From positions 53,072,001 to 53,136,000 of the forward strand of contig OZ260665.1 of NCBI GenBank assembly GCA_965285935.1: 64,000 nucleotides of DNA, written 5' to 3'. The translations under genes and the position numbers were made by a program. The DNA is from Ophelia neglecta. Taxonomy: Eukaryota. The notes beneath the pieces were generated by a model that worked only from the letters and a program-made list of their open reading frames with translations, had not been told where the DNA came from and ran no database searches. Each line of letters begins with the position of its first letter. Within the stretch, counting starts at the first letter, position 1. Shown piece after piece: positions 14,201-29,200 of the stretch.

Positions 14201-17200
14201 ATTTTCTTGACACGTGTTTAAAACAGCAGTAGGATTTTATCTTTTTGCCAATATATCTTATTTATTCACAGTTATCGCTGCCTGTTCCTTATTTTTCCTA
14301 TTAAGTGTTAGTTCCAGTGTTGCCTTTAGAAGCATTAAAACCAAGTAAATAGTTTAGTTTTATGGGTGTTTCTTCTCATTTCAGTTTTGTACGACCCACG
14401 AGGTTTCAGACAAGAGTTCATTCCCGACCTTTGCTCGCACCAAACCCCACGACTCACAGAGTTCGATGGCTGTCGTCTCCTTGTTGCTGAAGTTCAATTG
14501 GAAGAAAGTGGTGTTTATTTACAACGACAAAATGGTTTTCCTCACCGGTACGCTCCTGAAAGTAAGTTCTTGAATGACTTATACCGTTGTTCATGAAAGA
14601 GGACTTAATGAACAAATCAATTACGAATTTTTCTTTTACGGGACTAAAACTATCTATGCACGCTAGCGATATGACATAAAGAACAGGAAACTACAAACTA
14701 AAATCGAGGCAGGATATTTTTCTCATTCATACTAAAAATATAAATAATAGTAGTAGTAATAATAATAATAATAATAATAATGATAATAATATTAATAATA
14801 CCGTTTGATCGTTATCCTTAGTATTCCGAGTTCAAAGACGCTTTACATTAAGATATGACCGAACAGTTATTGATGCAACTAAAAACAATGCTTTATTAAA
14901 CAGCAGGGTTTTAAAAGAAATGCCTTAATCAAATTAAAACCTTTTGCCATTGAATTAGCCAGCCTATGTAATTTGGTTTTGATTTGTTTTTTGAACAAAC
15001 CTATCGACTCAGCAGGTCTTTGGCTGAAATAGCAGGGCACGAGTAGGTTCGTATCTCTGGCTAGGAGACGTACACAGGGGCGTCGCCATTACAGGCCTTG
15101 TACACTATCAACGAAGGCTCGAAATTAATTCCGGAGTTTTAATGAATGCCAGTGGAGGTCATATATGACCGGTGTAATGTGCTCACACATTTAGATATGA
15201 GGATCTGGCTAAGAGCTAAGCCATTGACACCATCCATCAACTCGATACGTGGGGGCAGAATTTCATGGTGGATTAGATCGAGCAAAAAAAGGATGACTAT
15301 TTTACGGTCACCAATGGATGTGAGTTTATTGCTACGGACACTAAGCAGCGCGGCCTTTGTAGATCAGGCTTATATGCCGATGGAAGCACTCCATAGTGAC
15401 AAATACGTTAAGAGAGAGCCGCGCTGCAACTAGATTCTCACGAGACTTAGACAAAATATGAAAGGTTACTGACTGGCCTATGTTTCTGTAATATAATGAC
15501 ATTCAACCCAGGCTTCTTCGACAGGGGTGACAAAACTGTTATATTTATCTTCTCTTGGGACCATCTCAGACGAGATCGATGAATTGATTAGATTCATGAT
15601 AAGCGCAATGTCCACAACAAGTGAATCCCTGGGAAGCCAGAGCGGCACAGGATCCAGCGAACAGGAATAGGAACAGTTTAATGAATGTTATTTGGGGTTG
15701 AGTTGATCTTTCGCGACTCACACTCATTTGTAAGACTCAATGAGTCCAATACGAAACTACAGGGATAAATGAGCATGCTGGAACTGGAGTTGTTTAAGTA
15801 TGGGAGAGGAGATCTCATTTTCTTTCTCCCTGTACTTCTTGAAGAAAAGAGGGACCCTGTCCACCAGTGTCTGTGGACAGTCGTGATCTGGGGCGAATCA
15901 GGACAGACTTTCCTTACCGATGAGCATTAGGTTTCGCCGCCTACAAAGCTGTTGGATTGATTGCATTGCCAGATGGGCATCTAGACAAATTTATGTCAAC
16001 ATTTAGATCTTGTTTAAACAATGTAAGATCAACGCCAGGCCATTTACGTATTGTCAAAGGCATACGTAGTCGGGTTGCAGAGAACGCCAATATTAATTAA
16101 AACATAAGGTCACGACAGATCAAATGACCCATAGCTGGCAATTGATTATAATTGCCTTTGACCCATTGTTTTGAAAGGTTTGCACTGGTTGCCCAAGTCC
16201 ACCCTCGCAACCCATCTTGGCAACGTTACCAACCACGCTCTCCGATATTTTCACTCTCACAACTCCTCACCTCACTGCTCTATTTTTTCCTTAATTTGGT
16301 TGGCGCCATCCTTCCCAGCAAGCCTCTCGCGGTAAACAAGATAAAAGTCAGATATAAATTTGTCATTGCCATTTACCATTGGCAAATTTGGATATTTTTT
16401 CATTCTAAAGGAGACTTAAAGGAAGGAAGAGAAGTGAAGATGCAATTAAAGCCTCGGGTCAGGTGTTTGGCAGATGTTTATTCTACTCCTCTCATCAATA
16501 GCACACACCATTAACTGTATTCTGGAGAAAGCTCCTCACTTACTCTTCTATCGTCACCTGACACGCGGTAATTGCCAGCTCATGGCGCTTATCGCTCGCT
16601 TTTCCCAGAAAAGGGCCAGTTGGGATTTGTTAGTCGACTAATGTATCGTTCATTTTCTGGCGGAAAACGGTTGATAGCCACCCCAGTAGACCCAAGTCTT
16701 CTCTTAACGGTACAGCGATGACACTTTCTACATTATCACATAAAGGGTAATGTACCGTTAAGATGTTGTAAAGCAGACTAGTCTTTTTCGATAAATTCAA
16801 ACGAAAAAACTCTAGCTGATCATTTGCTTGAATAATTGCTGTTTTCGCCAAGTTAATAGTGGCTTAAAAGTAAAATTAGCATTGGCGTGTGTCTACTGAT
16901 GATCACACAGAATGCAGACCGGGCTAATTAGACACATCAGCTTATATTCAGATTGATGGAAAAAAGTGGTTAGACTGGCCTGATAATATATTAACTGTTT
17001 AATTTGCCTTTCTTAAGTAAAAGTCTTTAAAACGACCCTTATTAATGACCAGTGTTCGAAAGGGACAGAGGCAAAACGGAGAAGATATAGCTGTGTGATT
17101 TTAGTTATTTCAGTGTGCTGGAGCTCAATTAACCAACTTACTTTTGATGGACGTTTCTCAACTCTGTGTTACTGAATCCACACTTGAGGCTAATATAACT

Positions 17201-20200
17201 TCAGTGTATTATTTAATCTTATTCCTTGCTCGCTTAAGTTAGTACAAAACAAAATATTATTTATTTTTGACTTAGGAATTCTAATAAAACACTTAAATCC
17301 CCCATATTAAAGGTGACAGTGGCCTTGTCCATCGTCCTCAATGTTGTCAGCTTGTAAACCGTGACATATTGGATCTGTGTTTGTTTTGGTATCCAATCTC
17401 ATTCTTTTTTCATATTATAGTCAAATTTACTTGACCCAGGTAGCACCGTCAGTGACAAACTGTTCTACCTGGTGCTCTTTAGCCTATGTGCTTAATTGGA
17501 TTCCCCAATATGATCCCTTTATGATACATTTTCTATTCCACAAGGTTGGAATGGCCGTATGTGGCTGGACTTGTTACATCTTGTCATGTTTTTTTACGCA
17601 ATCCGATTGGTCCAGCGTGTCCCATTCATAAATATATTTTTGCAAACAGTCACTGGCCGCCCGGGCTGAAACTATTTCCCGGTAAGTGCAAGGGGTGTGA
17701 AGGTGTATAAACGTGACCTACATTTTTTTAATGATGTGAATAGATAACAAAATGCACACTTGAATTTTTAATTACTTCAGGACTTCAATTAATCCTATCC
17801 TTAAGTCGCTTAAGGTAGCGCAGAAGAAATTACTGTTCAATTTTCGATATACAAATTGAAATGAATCACCTAACACCCCCAGACTAAAGATGACAGTAGC
17901 GTAGTCCATCGCCCTCAATGTCTGTCACCTTGGAAACCGTGACGTATTGAGGCCAGAGTTTGTTGTGGTATCCACGATGTTGCTAAGGGTTTGTAAAACT
18001 TTGTTGTGGTATCCAAGAACGTCGGTAAGGCCTGCGGTTACTTAAACATAAACAAATGACGTGTGACCTGGTGACCTGGTGACCCGATTGTCAGATTTGA
18101 AGGCAATAAATCTACAATGTAGTATTCTGATGTTTCCGAGCTATAGAAAAAAGGGAGAATTCTGATGAACATGTTAATTCTTTCCTTCCTTTTGATAATA
18201 GTAATGTTCATTATAAAACTGTTATATGCTTGAATGTTTTCTATTTGTCATTTTTTCCTGTAAATGTCCCCATGGCCATTAAGCATATTACACTATAGAT
18301 ACTATGCCATGTCTTGTTATTCTTAGCAAGGCTGGCTTATGGAACCCACTCTTCCTGTCCAACATGACTTCCTTTCCCCATCATTTATTATGTAAGTTAA
18401 ATTAAATATCAGGGTCACAGTTAACTGTCGAGTAATTTTTTTTTAGCTGGATATCCAAATTTGAAAAAAATCTAGGATAGCTATGGAAAATACATTTAGC
18501 AATAGTTCAGAATGTTCAAAAGCCTGGCTGTAAAATAGCGGGGGAGGGGGAGGAGGACGTTGGAAAAGTGTAAACGAAAAGTACCTCCAAGAGGGGCAAT
18601 TTATTGTCTTTGGTATAGGGTGCGCTGTTTGCATTAACACGGCTATGGATTAAACGCGGTAGTGCGGAGGCTCTGCGGAGGCGGAGGTCATGGGTATATC
18701 TGAGTGAAACAAAGCAAAAAATCATCGGCAAGGCAATGAATATATCTCAGGGTTAATTTAAGGGTTAGGGAAAGGGTTAGAAATAGGTTTAATAGGTCTA
18801 GCGCTGTGTTCTAATCTGGGAATTTACCTCCGCAAGGCTCCGCGCCTCCGCTTTTAATCAAAAGCCATTAAAACTGGTCCTAGGGTTGGGGGTCGGGTAA
18901 TTTACATGCGGAAATGTAAGACCTGTTATTTGGGATAGTCTGGGAGATTGAGCTCTTTGGTGAAAGTGATGTTCGGGATAGGGGGTATCTAATCGTGGGT
19001 AACTTACCGCCAACAGATGCACGCTGGCATATATGACAATGTAGAGTGGCAATTCGGTACATTTATTACATGGCGATGGCTTTATTTGCCCTTCTATACG
19101 ACATGTTTACACTCGTAATAAAACCGTCTATGGCGTAAAGATAAGACCCCATAGGCCAACACTAAATGTATACACGCCGAACGGCAAGAGTCGATGTAAG
19201 ATGACACTTTACTTAATAGCTAAGAAATAAGGCAGGGGATTGGAAAGAGATTGAACATATTCATTTCGACGAGATTGAATACAGGGGCATGGTCCAGGGG
19301 ATTGTCATCGCCCGGCCAAACACCCGCCTTCCCCGATATGACATGAACAGGAGAATTCAAAGATAAAAAGTCCGCAAAGAGAAAACGAATTTAAATAGGC
19401 TTTAATTCAACTGGTCAAATGAGGAATAACTTTTAATAATAATTTCTAAGGCGCCAAAATTTAAAACCTAAATTATTAGGGTAGGATTCATATTTTAAAC
19501 TAAATTTTTATGTCTACGTTTGTTTGCAGTGATTTAGGGTGATAATGAGTATCTATAAAGAGGAAGAAAAACTCTAAGTACAAATCCAATAGATATAGAT
19601 CTAATAACTAAACTAAATTATGTTATAATGTTCCTCGCCTACAGGTTTCTGACCCACAACTATGACAACGGGAGCTCGTATACTCGGAACAATATTAAAT
19701 TACTCATGGCGACTTGTACTATTATTATGAAATTGTAAAAACTAAATGCCTTTTGATTCCATGTTTTTTAAATTATACATCAGACGCTAACAATATTAAA
19801 GCAATGAATTTCATGTTTGGTTCGGAATGGTAGGCTACCCATGCACAATTTATTTTCCGATTACACCTCAAGAGAGCAGAGCTTTATTCGCAAACTAGAT
19901 CTTGTCCAATGACGAAGCTAATATATAAAAAATAAGCCCAATAAACGTACGCAGGCTTAACCAAAATGGGTTAATCCGTATTTCCTTTAAAATGAATTAT
20001 TCAGTATTTCATTTCCTTTTTTTTTATCAATCGAATTACAATAGTGAACAATTCATTTCTACAGACAAACATAAAACCTGCGAAAATTTCTGGATTTGAA
20101 TTTATATTTAGTTTCGAAAGATTTGTAGGTTAGTTGGGATTGTACCAATGGAACTTTCACAGTACCTTTATCTTCGGATATTCACTCATAGCCTGTATGT

Positions 20201-23200
20201 AATGTTTTAGCTGTTTTAGAAACAATTTCCAGCATGAGTAACAGCTCGGCACTGTCTCTTGCAGCAACAAAGAGTAATGGTGAAGCATCATTGAATATAA
20301 AACCTTTAAACATCTTTTATTCCCACCATGCACGCAAGAATAACACGTCTCTAATAAGATGCCACAAGCGCTGTGTGATGTTAAGGTAAATTCACACGCC
20401 ACATTCCACTTACAGCGTTGACCAGGAACTGAAGGATGCCAATTGCACTATCTTTTTTCAGTCCTATAGAATTGTGTAAAAATCAACATTCAATATCAAA
20501 TCCGATGAACTATGAGTCATCAATGCAGAGACTAAGTTTAAGTTCACTAGTGGTAAATTCAATTCAGTAGATAAAGGCGGCGAAAATCCTATCATGCGAT
20601 TTTCCTCAGTTGAAATTCTTATATACGTAGTAGGGAGGGTAGACATCAGTTTGAGCCGCTGATAAATAGGCGATTGTTTGTGTTTTTCAAAATTTACCAT
20701 GGAACGTCATGTGCATAAGTTTTCTACTATTTAAAAACAATTTGATTTTATTTACATTTTAAATTACAGATAGAGATGTTTATTCTTTATATGGTGTACA
20801 AGTACTTGTATGCCCATTTGTAATTAAAATAATTAATACATTAAATTCAGTAGATCAGTTCAGTCATAATCAAATTTTGTTTAATCGCCAGCACAGGAGA
20901 TCGTCGGAGAAATAATTAAACCATACATTCACAAGCACCGCCAATTCTTTAAACTATATGAACATCCATGTAGGTAAACCTCGAGACAACCAAATGGTCG
21001 TTTAGGACTATAGTTACTTTATTTTTGTGTATAAAAAGTTAATTTTTCCTCGTCAACTTGGAAAGAACTATGGATGTGCTTTTTTTGCTTGTACACATTG
21101 GGCTCTATCACATCACAATCATGCTCGGATATTACTAGAAGGACGTCACAGACACTATACCAACTCCATTCCTAAATTCATTGCCTTTTAACACGTCATT
21201 CTTATGAAAAATATTTATTGATAAATATATGCCGATATATGCGTTACATAGATCTAGAATGATTTATCGGTGACATTATTATTTCTCTGTATGACTTATA
21301 AGCTTTTATATCTATATATACTCGTTGTATCATTGGAGATGCGCTGTTGTCGTGTTTTTGCGTGTCAGTGATTATGATCTAGAACTATATTCGCTCCGTC
21401 TGGGTCTTCTCTTTATCACTGCGCCAGTTTTTCCCGCTCTGAAAGTAATCGACTCCAAATGCGTTCGCGGAGACAACATGATGGTGATGCCGTATAGACG
21501 CTTCCGATCAATCTTGACATTAGAGCTAAGCCTCATTTAAACTATATTCATCTCCACTGCATGGTGTCGTCTTATTGCGTACTATACATAAAAAACAAAG
21601 TGTTTCATAAAGTGTTATAAAGCAAGCCCAGAGGATCAATCTACAAGACCCCCGTTTATATTAAAGATGGAACGGCTGAGTATAATGTCAGGTCACGAGC
21701 TATGGATTTTAATCATGATGGGCTGAAAAATACAGACAGCAAAATCGGACAAAACTTACTCCGATCAATCATACGTGTCATGATTAAATTCCGTGGAGTG
21801 GGTAGATGGATGGTAATGGCGAGGTATTACTGAAACTTAATGCGTAAACATTATATCAACACGATCTTGGTCAGTATTCAGTCCTGCAGCTGGAACGCGC
21901 AAGTTGTTGGAAGAGTCATACCCCCACCCCCTCTCCCTGCTTAATATTCGAACAGCGTCCGGTAAATAATTGTTTAAACGACGATATTTGTGAGATGGAT
22001 CCCTCGTAATGTGAGTTATCCCCGCTGATATGATATATATATTGGCATTGCGAACAAAGTTTCTCTAAGACTTACTGTCAATACAGGAACTCTTGTAAAA
22101 AGTGTTGTTAAAAGTAGCAAAAATCATTGCACATAAAAGAACGTAATGGAATAACTTATAAATATCCATTGTTTATAGGTAGCCGATAACGTTTTGTTTT
22201 ATTGATGACTGCTCAAAAAGACGGTTTTTTTTTTAATTTTCGCGAAGTCAGCTAAAAAAGACACCCTCATTTGCAGGTTTTTGGGGATATGCCAAATGGT
22301 GAAAAAGCAAAACAATTCGCGTAATTGAGAACAACGATGCATATCAACTTGCAATACAGTGTGCGGGTGCTATCGTTTCCTATCTATATGCACCAGAGAA
22401 GGCCAATACGCATACAAACAAGATATTTCCCATTTCGGACTGTTATAATTTATTCTACCATTAAGTGATCATTAACTTAGTAATGATTTATTACGCGTAA
22501 AAATACTAACAAGATATTTTGCATTAGGGACTGTAATAATTTATTGTACCATTAAGTGATCAAATATTTAGTAATGATTTATTACGCTGTACGCCATCAA
22601 CACTGTCATTTGTTCCCGTAGTATAGGCCGAAGGTAGCGTTTGTTCACTTTATACCTATTCGAATGTGTGCGTGTGTGTGTGTGTGTGTGCTTCCCAATT
22701 TTAAAGTTGAATGAATGCATAATTTATCTGATGTAAATATGCGAATACGCATTTTCCCTTAAAATGCCGTTTTTACTTTTGTCACACGTACGGCTTAATG
22801 CGTGCATGCATACTAGAAACCTTTTCTTAAAGTTTAAAAAAAAAAGCTTCGTATGTTCTTTAGGGTAATTATTATGAAATATAAGTATAGGCCTATACAG
22901 GTAAACGTTTTTTTAGTGGCGATGCAAATACTACGTAATAAATATCATACAGGCCTTTATATATTTGTTGTAAATACTTGTTTTTAAAGGTGACATTGTG
23001 GAATGAGCTGTCATAAAAATTAGTAATTCAATTGCTCTATCTTAAATGTGTCTGCTTAATTAATGCAACATCTCAGAAGCGAGAGAAATGTCATATGTCT
23101 CACTAAAGCATAAACGCAATCTGGCTGTCATCTAACTTACTATGTCTAACAAACTTACAAATTCATTTTCGAAGTCAAACACTTTCGATAGGTTTCGATG

Positions 23201-26200
23201 GCTTTCCGTTTTGAAGAGATTTGTGCGGTCGTGAGACTGTCTTGGTTAATAGACAGATCATTCTGTGTGTCAATTTTTATTTAAAAAAAAATAATACAGA
23301 CAATTACTTGTAGCCTATTCGTCTGTGCAGTAAAGGAGGCCAGTTCATTTGGACGTATGTCATCAGTGTGGTTACCCACTTTCAACTATTGACATCCTCC
23401 CCGCCCTACCTCCATGCACCCTTATACCCTCTCCTTTCCAGTGGTACTAAATTTAATAATTCCAGGTAGCATAGAATTATACTGATATGAGGGAATGGGG
23501 TAACTATACACTTCTGAAAGGATCCTAGCTAGGATTATTTTTTTTAAATGTTTAGAATTTTTTGTATCTTCATATCTTCAAATTCTAGTCACAACGTAAG
23601 AGAATCCTTGCATATAGGGCGTGGCATTTGAGAAGTGGGAAAGGCAAAAGGTGTTTTTGAGAAATGGGAATGTGCTAGCTATTTTCTACCGAGGAAAAGG
23701 AACACTGAAATTGACAATTGTGATGGAAGGGGGTATAACTCTCCATTCTATAGCAAGTTGTCTGTCTTTTCTATACTTGTATTACCGATCAAGGCTAGAG
23801 TCCCTTGATGACGTGGTTGACAGGCCGGATTTGGCATCAAGGGAAAAGTTGATTGAGGACCCATATATACCTATAGGCATATAGATCTAATGTCAAGGCC
23901 ATGGTAAAGCTGTTTTATGCCATGATTGATGCCCTTCAAAAACAGATATGATACAGTATAGGCCTATAAGAATAAGGGCTGCGTGTATGATTATTTTTTA
24001 TTTAATCGCAGCCCTTATATACATATAATAAACAAGAACAAAAGTATATTTATATTCAATATATTTCGTGCGCAGCCCTTTCTCAGGGAAAGAGTACAAA
24101 ATACTAAATGATTAAGTGTGCAAATTAAACCTTCAACAATTTTGGAAAATACGCCTGACGCTTTTATGTTAAATATAATATATGAACCAACAAATCTATA
24201 CACAGGCCTATATGTATATATATAAATATACTAGTATATATATGTCTATCATATATCTATCTATCATATAAGACACTAAATGACCCACATGGTATCTATG
24301 TGTCGTTAAGCCCCAAAAATCCAAATCCAAATCTGTCTATCAGTAAATGTAATAGGAGTAAATCAATAAATAATGAAGTCTGAATAAGTGTCGATGGAGT
24401 ATCAATATTTGCTGCCGCTGTCTGACAAACTTTAATATATCCTTATATTTCTCATTTATTTACAAATGTTATGACATATATACAACAATAAACTAAAATC
24501 GTGATTTTCATGACACCATGGGCGTTTCCGAGGGAAGCATCATTTTGCAGTAATTAGTATTTCCAATATTTGGATCGGTATTATGAAGAGATACAGACGC
24601 TCAGCTATATGCGGGGATATCGAATAATTTATTATACATATAGGCTAATGCATTAATTCCATTTTAGGTGCTCGGGAGGTACGGCATTATCATAACTGAT
24701 CAGAAGTCGTTTGATGGTCCATACTTCCCTGATACTGAAGTAAGCGCCTCTCCCTTCGTCAAAATAGTCCATGAAACATATCAGAAAACAAGAGGTAAGT
24801 TCAGATCCGACCATCACAACGTGGTTAAAATGAATATGATGGCCTTGGTTGTAAGACCCATTTCTATTTTGGACGGTTTTATGTTCTGCCCCTGTCTTAA
24901 TACCGTTTTTCCCTTACTTTATCTGGATTTTATGTTTTTTCTATAAATAATGGCCGCCATAAGTGAGTGTGACACTATAGACATCTTTTATGTGACCATG
25001 GCATGGTAAAAGCCCTAAAATGTCGACCAGGTAATCAGATTGTTGTATGTCTATTTGAATCACGCACGAGACATTCAGCCACAATATAGCCGCCCAATCA
25101 CAGTACATGGTAGTCGTTAGCCCGAGGCGGAGAAAATGTTTTAAAATGTCCTCTCTTATTACTTTCTCTGGCCTGGGGCATAGATAAGCACTCATCGAAC
25201 GAAAAGGGTCTTCCTCTTCTGTCTACCGGGGGCCGTATTTTTGTACATACTGTTTTTAATGCATAAAAGGAGCAAAAAACTCATTATAACCAACTTCGTG
25301 GACACTAAATTCCCGCCAGACTGTAGGGCTTCGTTGACCCTTTTACTATAATCACTGCTCCGTGCTTGGTCTTTGGTCTACCTGATGTTTCAATTTTAAT
25401 CAAATGAGGGGAAAAATGTAGCACATTTTCAATTCAAGTTCATTATTTATCGATTAATCATTGTTATATTTTGCGAAGCATTTCGTTATCAAATTTCCGT
25501 TTTAGTTTCCACGAGTCTTATTGAAAATTAAACGTATGCCAATTATACATAAAATGTCGCTAAGACTATTTGGTCTTGTTTTTAAATCATTAACCTGTTG
25601 CATACTTAAGTCGGGATTTTATGATGCAGTATTCTATTTTCCGTTTCAGTGTACGTTATGTTGGCCGAGTTTTTTGAGTTCGAGGGACTGCTGATAGCTC
25701 TGAAGCTAAAAGGTCTGATGGACACAGGGGAGTACATAGTTGTAGGTGTCGACACTAAAGTATACGATGCTTCCGACCCCCAAAAGTACATTGAAGGTAG
25801 GCAGCGCTTTAGATATCATTCTTCTGTCCGACTTGAGTAATAGCTGTGCTGCGATGAGTCTGTGAATGACAGCCACGTGTAATCTTTAATATTGGATTCA
25901 AACATGGCGGGCAACTTTCACAACAGCTATACATATCTGCATAGGTTTACCCATCGCTTATGTTAAAAATATTCCAGTATGATTCTATAACTAAATATTA
26001 CCCGCTGTAACCAATATAGCTATATAAATATCAGATTAATTGTTGAATTATTTAATATGGCCAATTTCATTTAATGCGAGTATTCATTCTTCATGTCATT
26101 ATGTTTTTTTAGGAGTGCTCACCAACACTGCCACAGGAGAGGTCTACTCGGCCTTTCAGGGCTTCCTATTGGTCGTTCAGGGAGCACCAGTGTATCCCTG

Positions 26201-29200
26201 GTTTGAAAACTTCACCAGAGTGGTCAATTTTTACTTGGAAAACACCCCGTTCAACTTCACCAATGCTTTCGCAGACAGAGGTATACTGAAAATTGTGAGT
26301 AACTTAGCATTATTAATAAAAGCATTCCAAGTGGATTCCATTCTGCATTTTAACACGCGAAGGGAAAGTATCCATTAGTATTTGTGATGTTTGGGCATCG
26401 CTCAGCAAAGATGAGAATGGCATCAAATAGTTGACTGGTTTCTGTGTGTCCGGAGATGACTGATCAGTCCTATCCGGGCACGGAAGTACCTCCCACGTGT
26501 TAGACACATCCTTCCATTTCTGCTGCTACGGGGCTTCTTTCCCTCATCTTCCGGACCCCGCGTTTCCTCCTCCACTCCGTCAAGTGTGTGTTTTAAGCAT
26601 TCTTGAAGCCTTTTTTTAGTAGCCGTGTGCCAAGACAGTCTTGCGCTAGGCTCTCCAGTCTTATCGTACCAGAAAAGCAGAGACCTGCAGTCATTCAAAC
26701 AGAACTCCTGCAGTTACCTACTTAACTATTTTGCATACGTACGTTTCCATATTATAGGTCTGAAATAATTATGCTATTAACCTTGTTGACTTACGCTGTC
26801 TATCTGTGTGAGTTGAAAGGTCTTTTTGGTGCTTAAGAGATGTACTTTTTGGATGATTTAATATTTTATTTCACATAACATAATAACCAGGCTTGTGTAA
26901 CATCGTAGCGCACTGACCCAAACGTCGCTAGTGGGTAATTGGTTTTTTAAAAAGTTTCTCATCTTCCCACGTGGCCGTTACTTGTCCCATAATTATTTTT
27001 TGTAAAACATGTTGTTCTATTAGGATAATTTTTGATTATTTTATTTATAAACATTATAAACCATAACATACTATCTACATACAATTATTAAGTCGTATTA
27101 TTTTGTTGTGGTATTATTACCATGATATCGGTTTTCATCGGTTTCATACTACTTAATCAAACAGAATTTCATAATGTCCCTTCATAAAGCCTCCCAGTAC
27201 TTGAATGTATTGTTTATGCTTATTTCGCTCCGATTTAGCTGCGACCGGAAGCTGCCTACCTATATGATGCGGTATGGATCTACGCCAGAGCTGCCCATGC
27301 AGCTCTCCTGCTAGGACAGAGTCCATCCAACGGAACTGCCATCCTCGAGCACATCAAAGGAACAACATACAAAAGTCAGTCTAAGCTTAGTTTCATTATC
27401 TAAAACAAGATTAAAAATAACACTTTCAAATATACTGATCGACATAACCCATTGGTTTCAATATTTATTTTTTATCGCAGGTGCCATGGGTTACTTCACT
27501 CATATCGACGAGCACGGAGAGACACAGGGAAATTTTACACTCCTAGTACGCATGCCTAGTGAAAATGGACAGAAGTACGGCATGTATCCGGTTGGAACCT
27601 TTTTACTGAATCAAAATGATACCAAACTTCCGGTTAGTACTGACACCGATCTTCTGAACATGTAGGATTATATTATACATGTACAATACGCTTTCTTTAC
27701 CATCTTTTCAGGAATAAGTATAAACAAATCAATATCGCATCACTATTTAGTACGATTGTTTTTTTTTATGCTAATTGACGTTATGAAATAGCATATTGTA
27801 CGTACATACTTATCGGAAATTGCTTTTCCCAATGTCTGCGCAGAATTGACAGTATTGTTATTTCTTATCTTCCGTCGTGGCCGAGAATTGATAGAGGATA
27901 GGGTGAAATTCGTGGACAATCACATGGGTAAATGTAAAATCACCAAACTATTAAAGTCCTCCTTTTTGAGAAAAGAAACTGCCAACATTCAACTTGCCGT
28001 AGGTTATGATTTGTCATTTCTTTTGACAAGAGGTCACATCCGACTCGCCTGGTTGACCACTCAGGCGGACCTCGTAAAGTATTTACTAGTAAATTAAATT
28101 AAATTGATTCTATATCTTATCAAGGTGGTTGATATTTAAACATGACTTATTTCGGACTGACCAACTATTTTTCTCACTGGTTATTCATTATATCCTTGAC
28201 TGGTGGCGAGGTTGGTTATTAGGACTGCCTTTGCCAAGCCGTTTGTTAGTGGTATGTTCCTTTGATAGATGCCTTAATACTCACATTGAACGAAGCGTTT
28301 GCGCACGAATACCATGTGGTCTGCTGCCGCCTTGATAAACGTCCCACTTTCATATACCATCCAATTACCTTCATTATGTAATACCTTAAAGCTTTTTGCA
28401 TGCAAAATTTAATTGGATCTGCTTTTGATAGGCAAATGATGTCAGCTACAAGGTAATAATTGGGGATGCACTATTAAGGGTTTCGATATACGAGATTATT
28501 AAAAAGAAACCCCCGGACAAGTTTTTACAAGCAGATTTTCCCTGTAGCGAATAGGCTGCGGCCATCATTAGATTGCCATTCCAGGTGGCTATATTGTGTA
28601 GTCATCTTCACCATGGAGGCTCTGTTAGCAACAATATTAATCACTGTCCTCCCAGGTGCTGAAGCCATGCTAGTATTTACTACATGTGCTAGAATATTGT
28701 CAATGAAGCATGGACGATGCTTTGGATCATATAAAATCATATAGTAACACAGTATACAGTGAAACCAGTGAAATGAGACCGCCCAAGGGACTGGAAATAC
28801 TGGTCTTATTATGGGGATGGTCTGTTTAAACAGGTTATTTAACACTGAAAGTATTCAGTAAAATAATTGGCCTGAATTGCCGGGTGGACTGACTATAGAG
28901 GTGGTCTTTAAGGCAGGTTTTTCTGTATATTTAAGCTAGTCGAGAACCCACCTCACACACCCTTTTCTTGTGAGCAGCTTACTGCAATGCCCGCAGTTTG
29001 CATGATGTTAAATCATATGATGATACTATTGTATCGAAATCATGCTGCCGATAAGCTTCGCATAAAATAACGACATAAAAATTAGGCTATAATTATTCCA
29101 TAGTCTCCAACCGGGCATTTTTCATCTAGCCAGTAACATATTTCCGAAATTTCAAAATTAACAAAATAATCTAATCAAAGACAAACATGCGTGGTACAAA

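Noticed and set aside
24740-24745. Internal GTAAGC donor in exon 3
   Set aside because: It is phase 0, would frameshift exon 4 and would delete conserved ETYQKTR.
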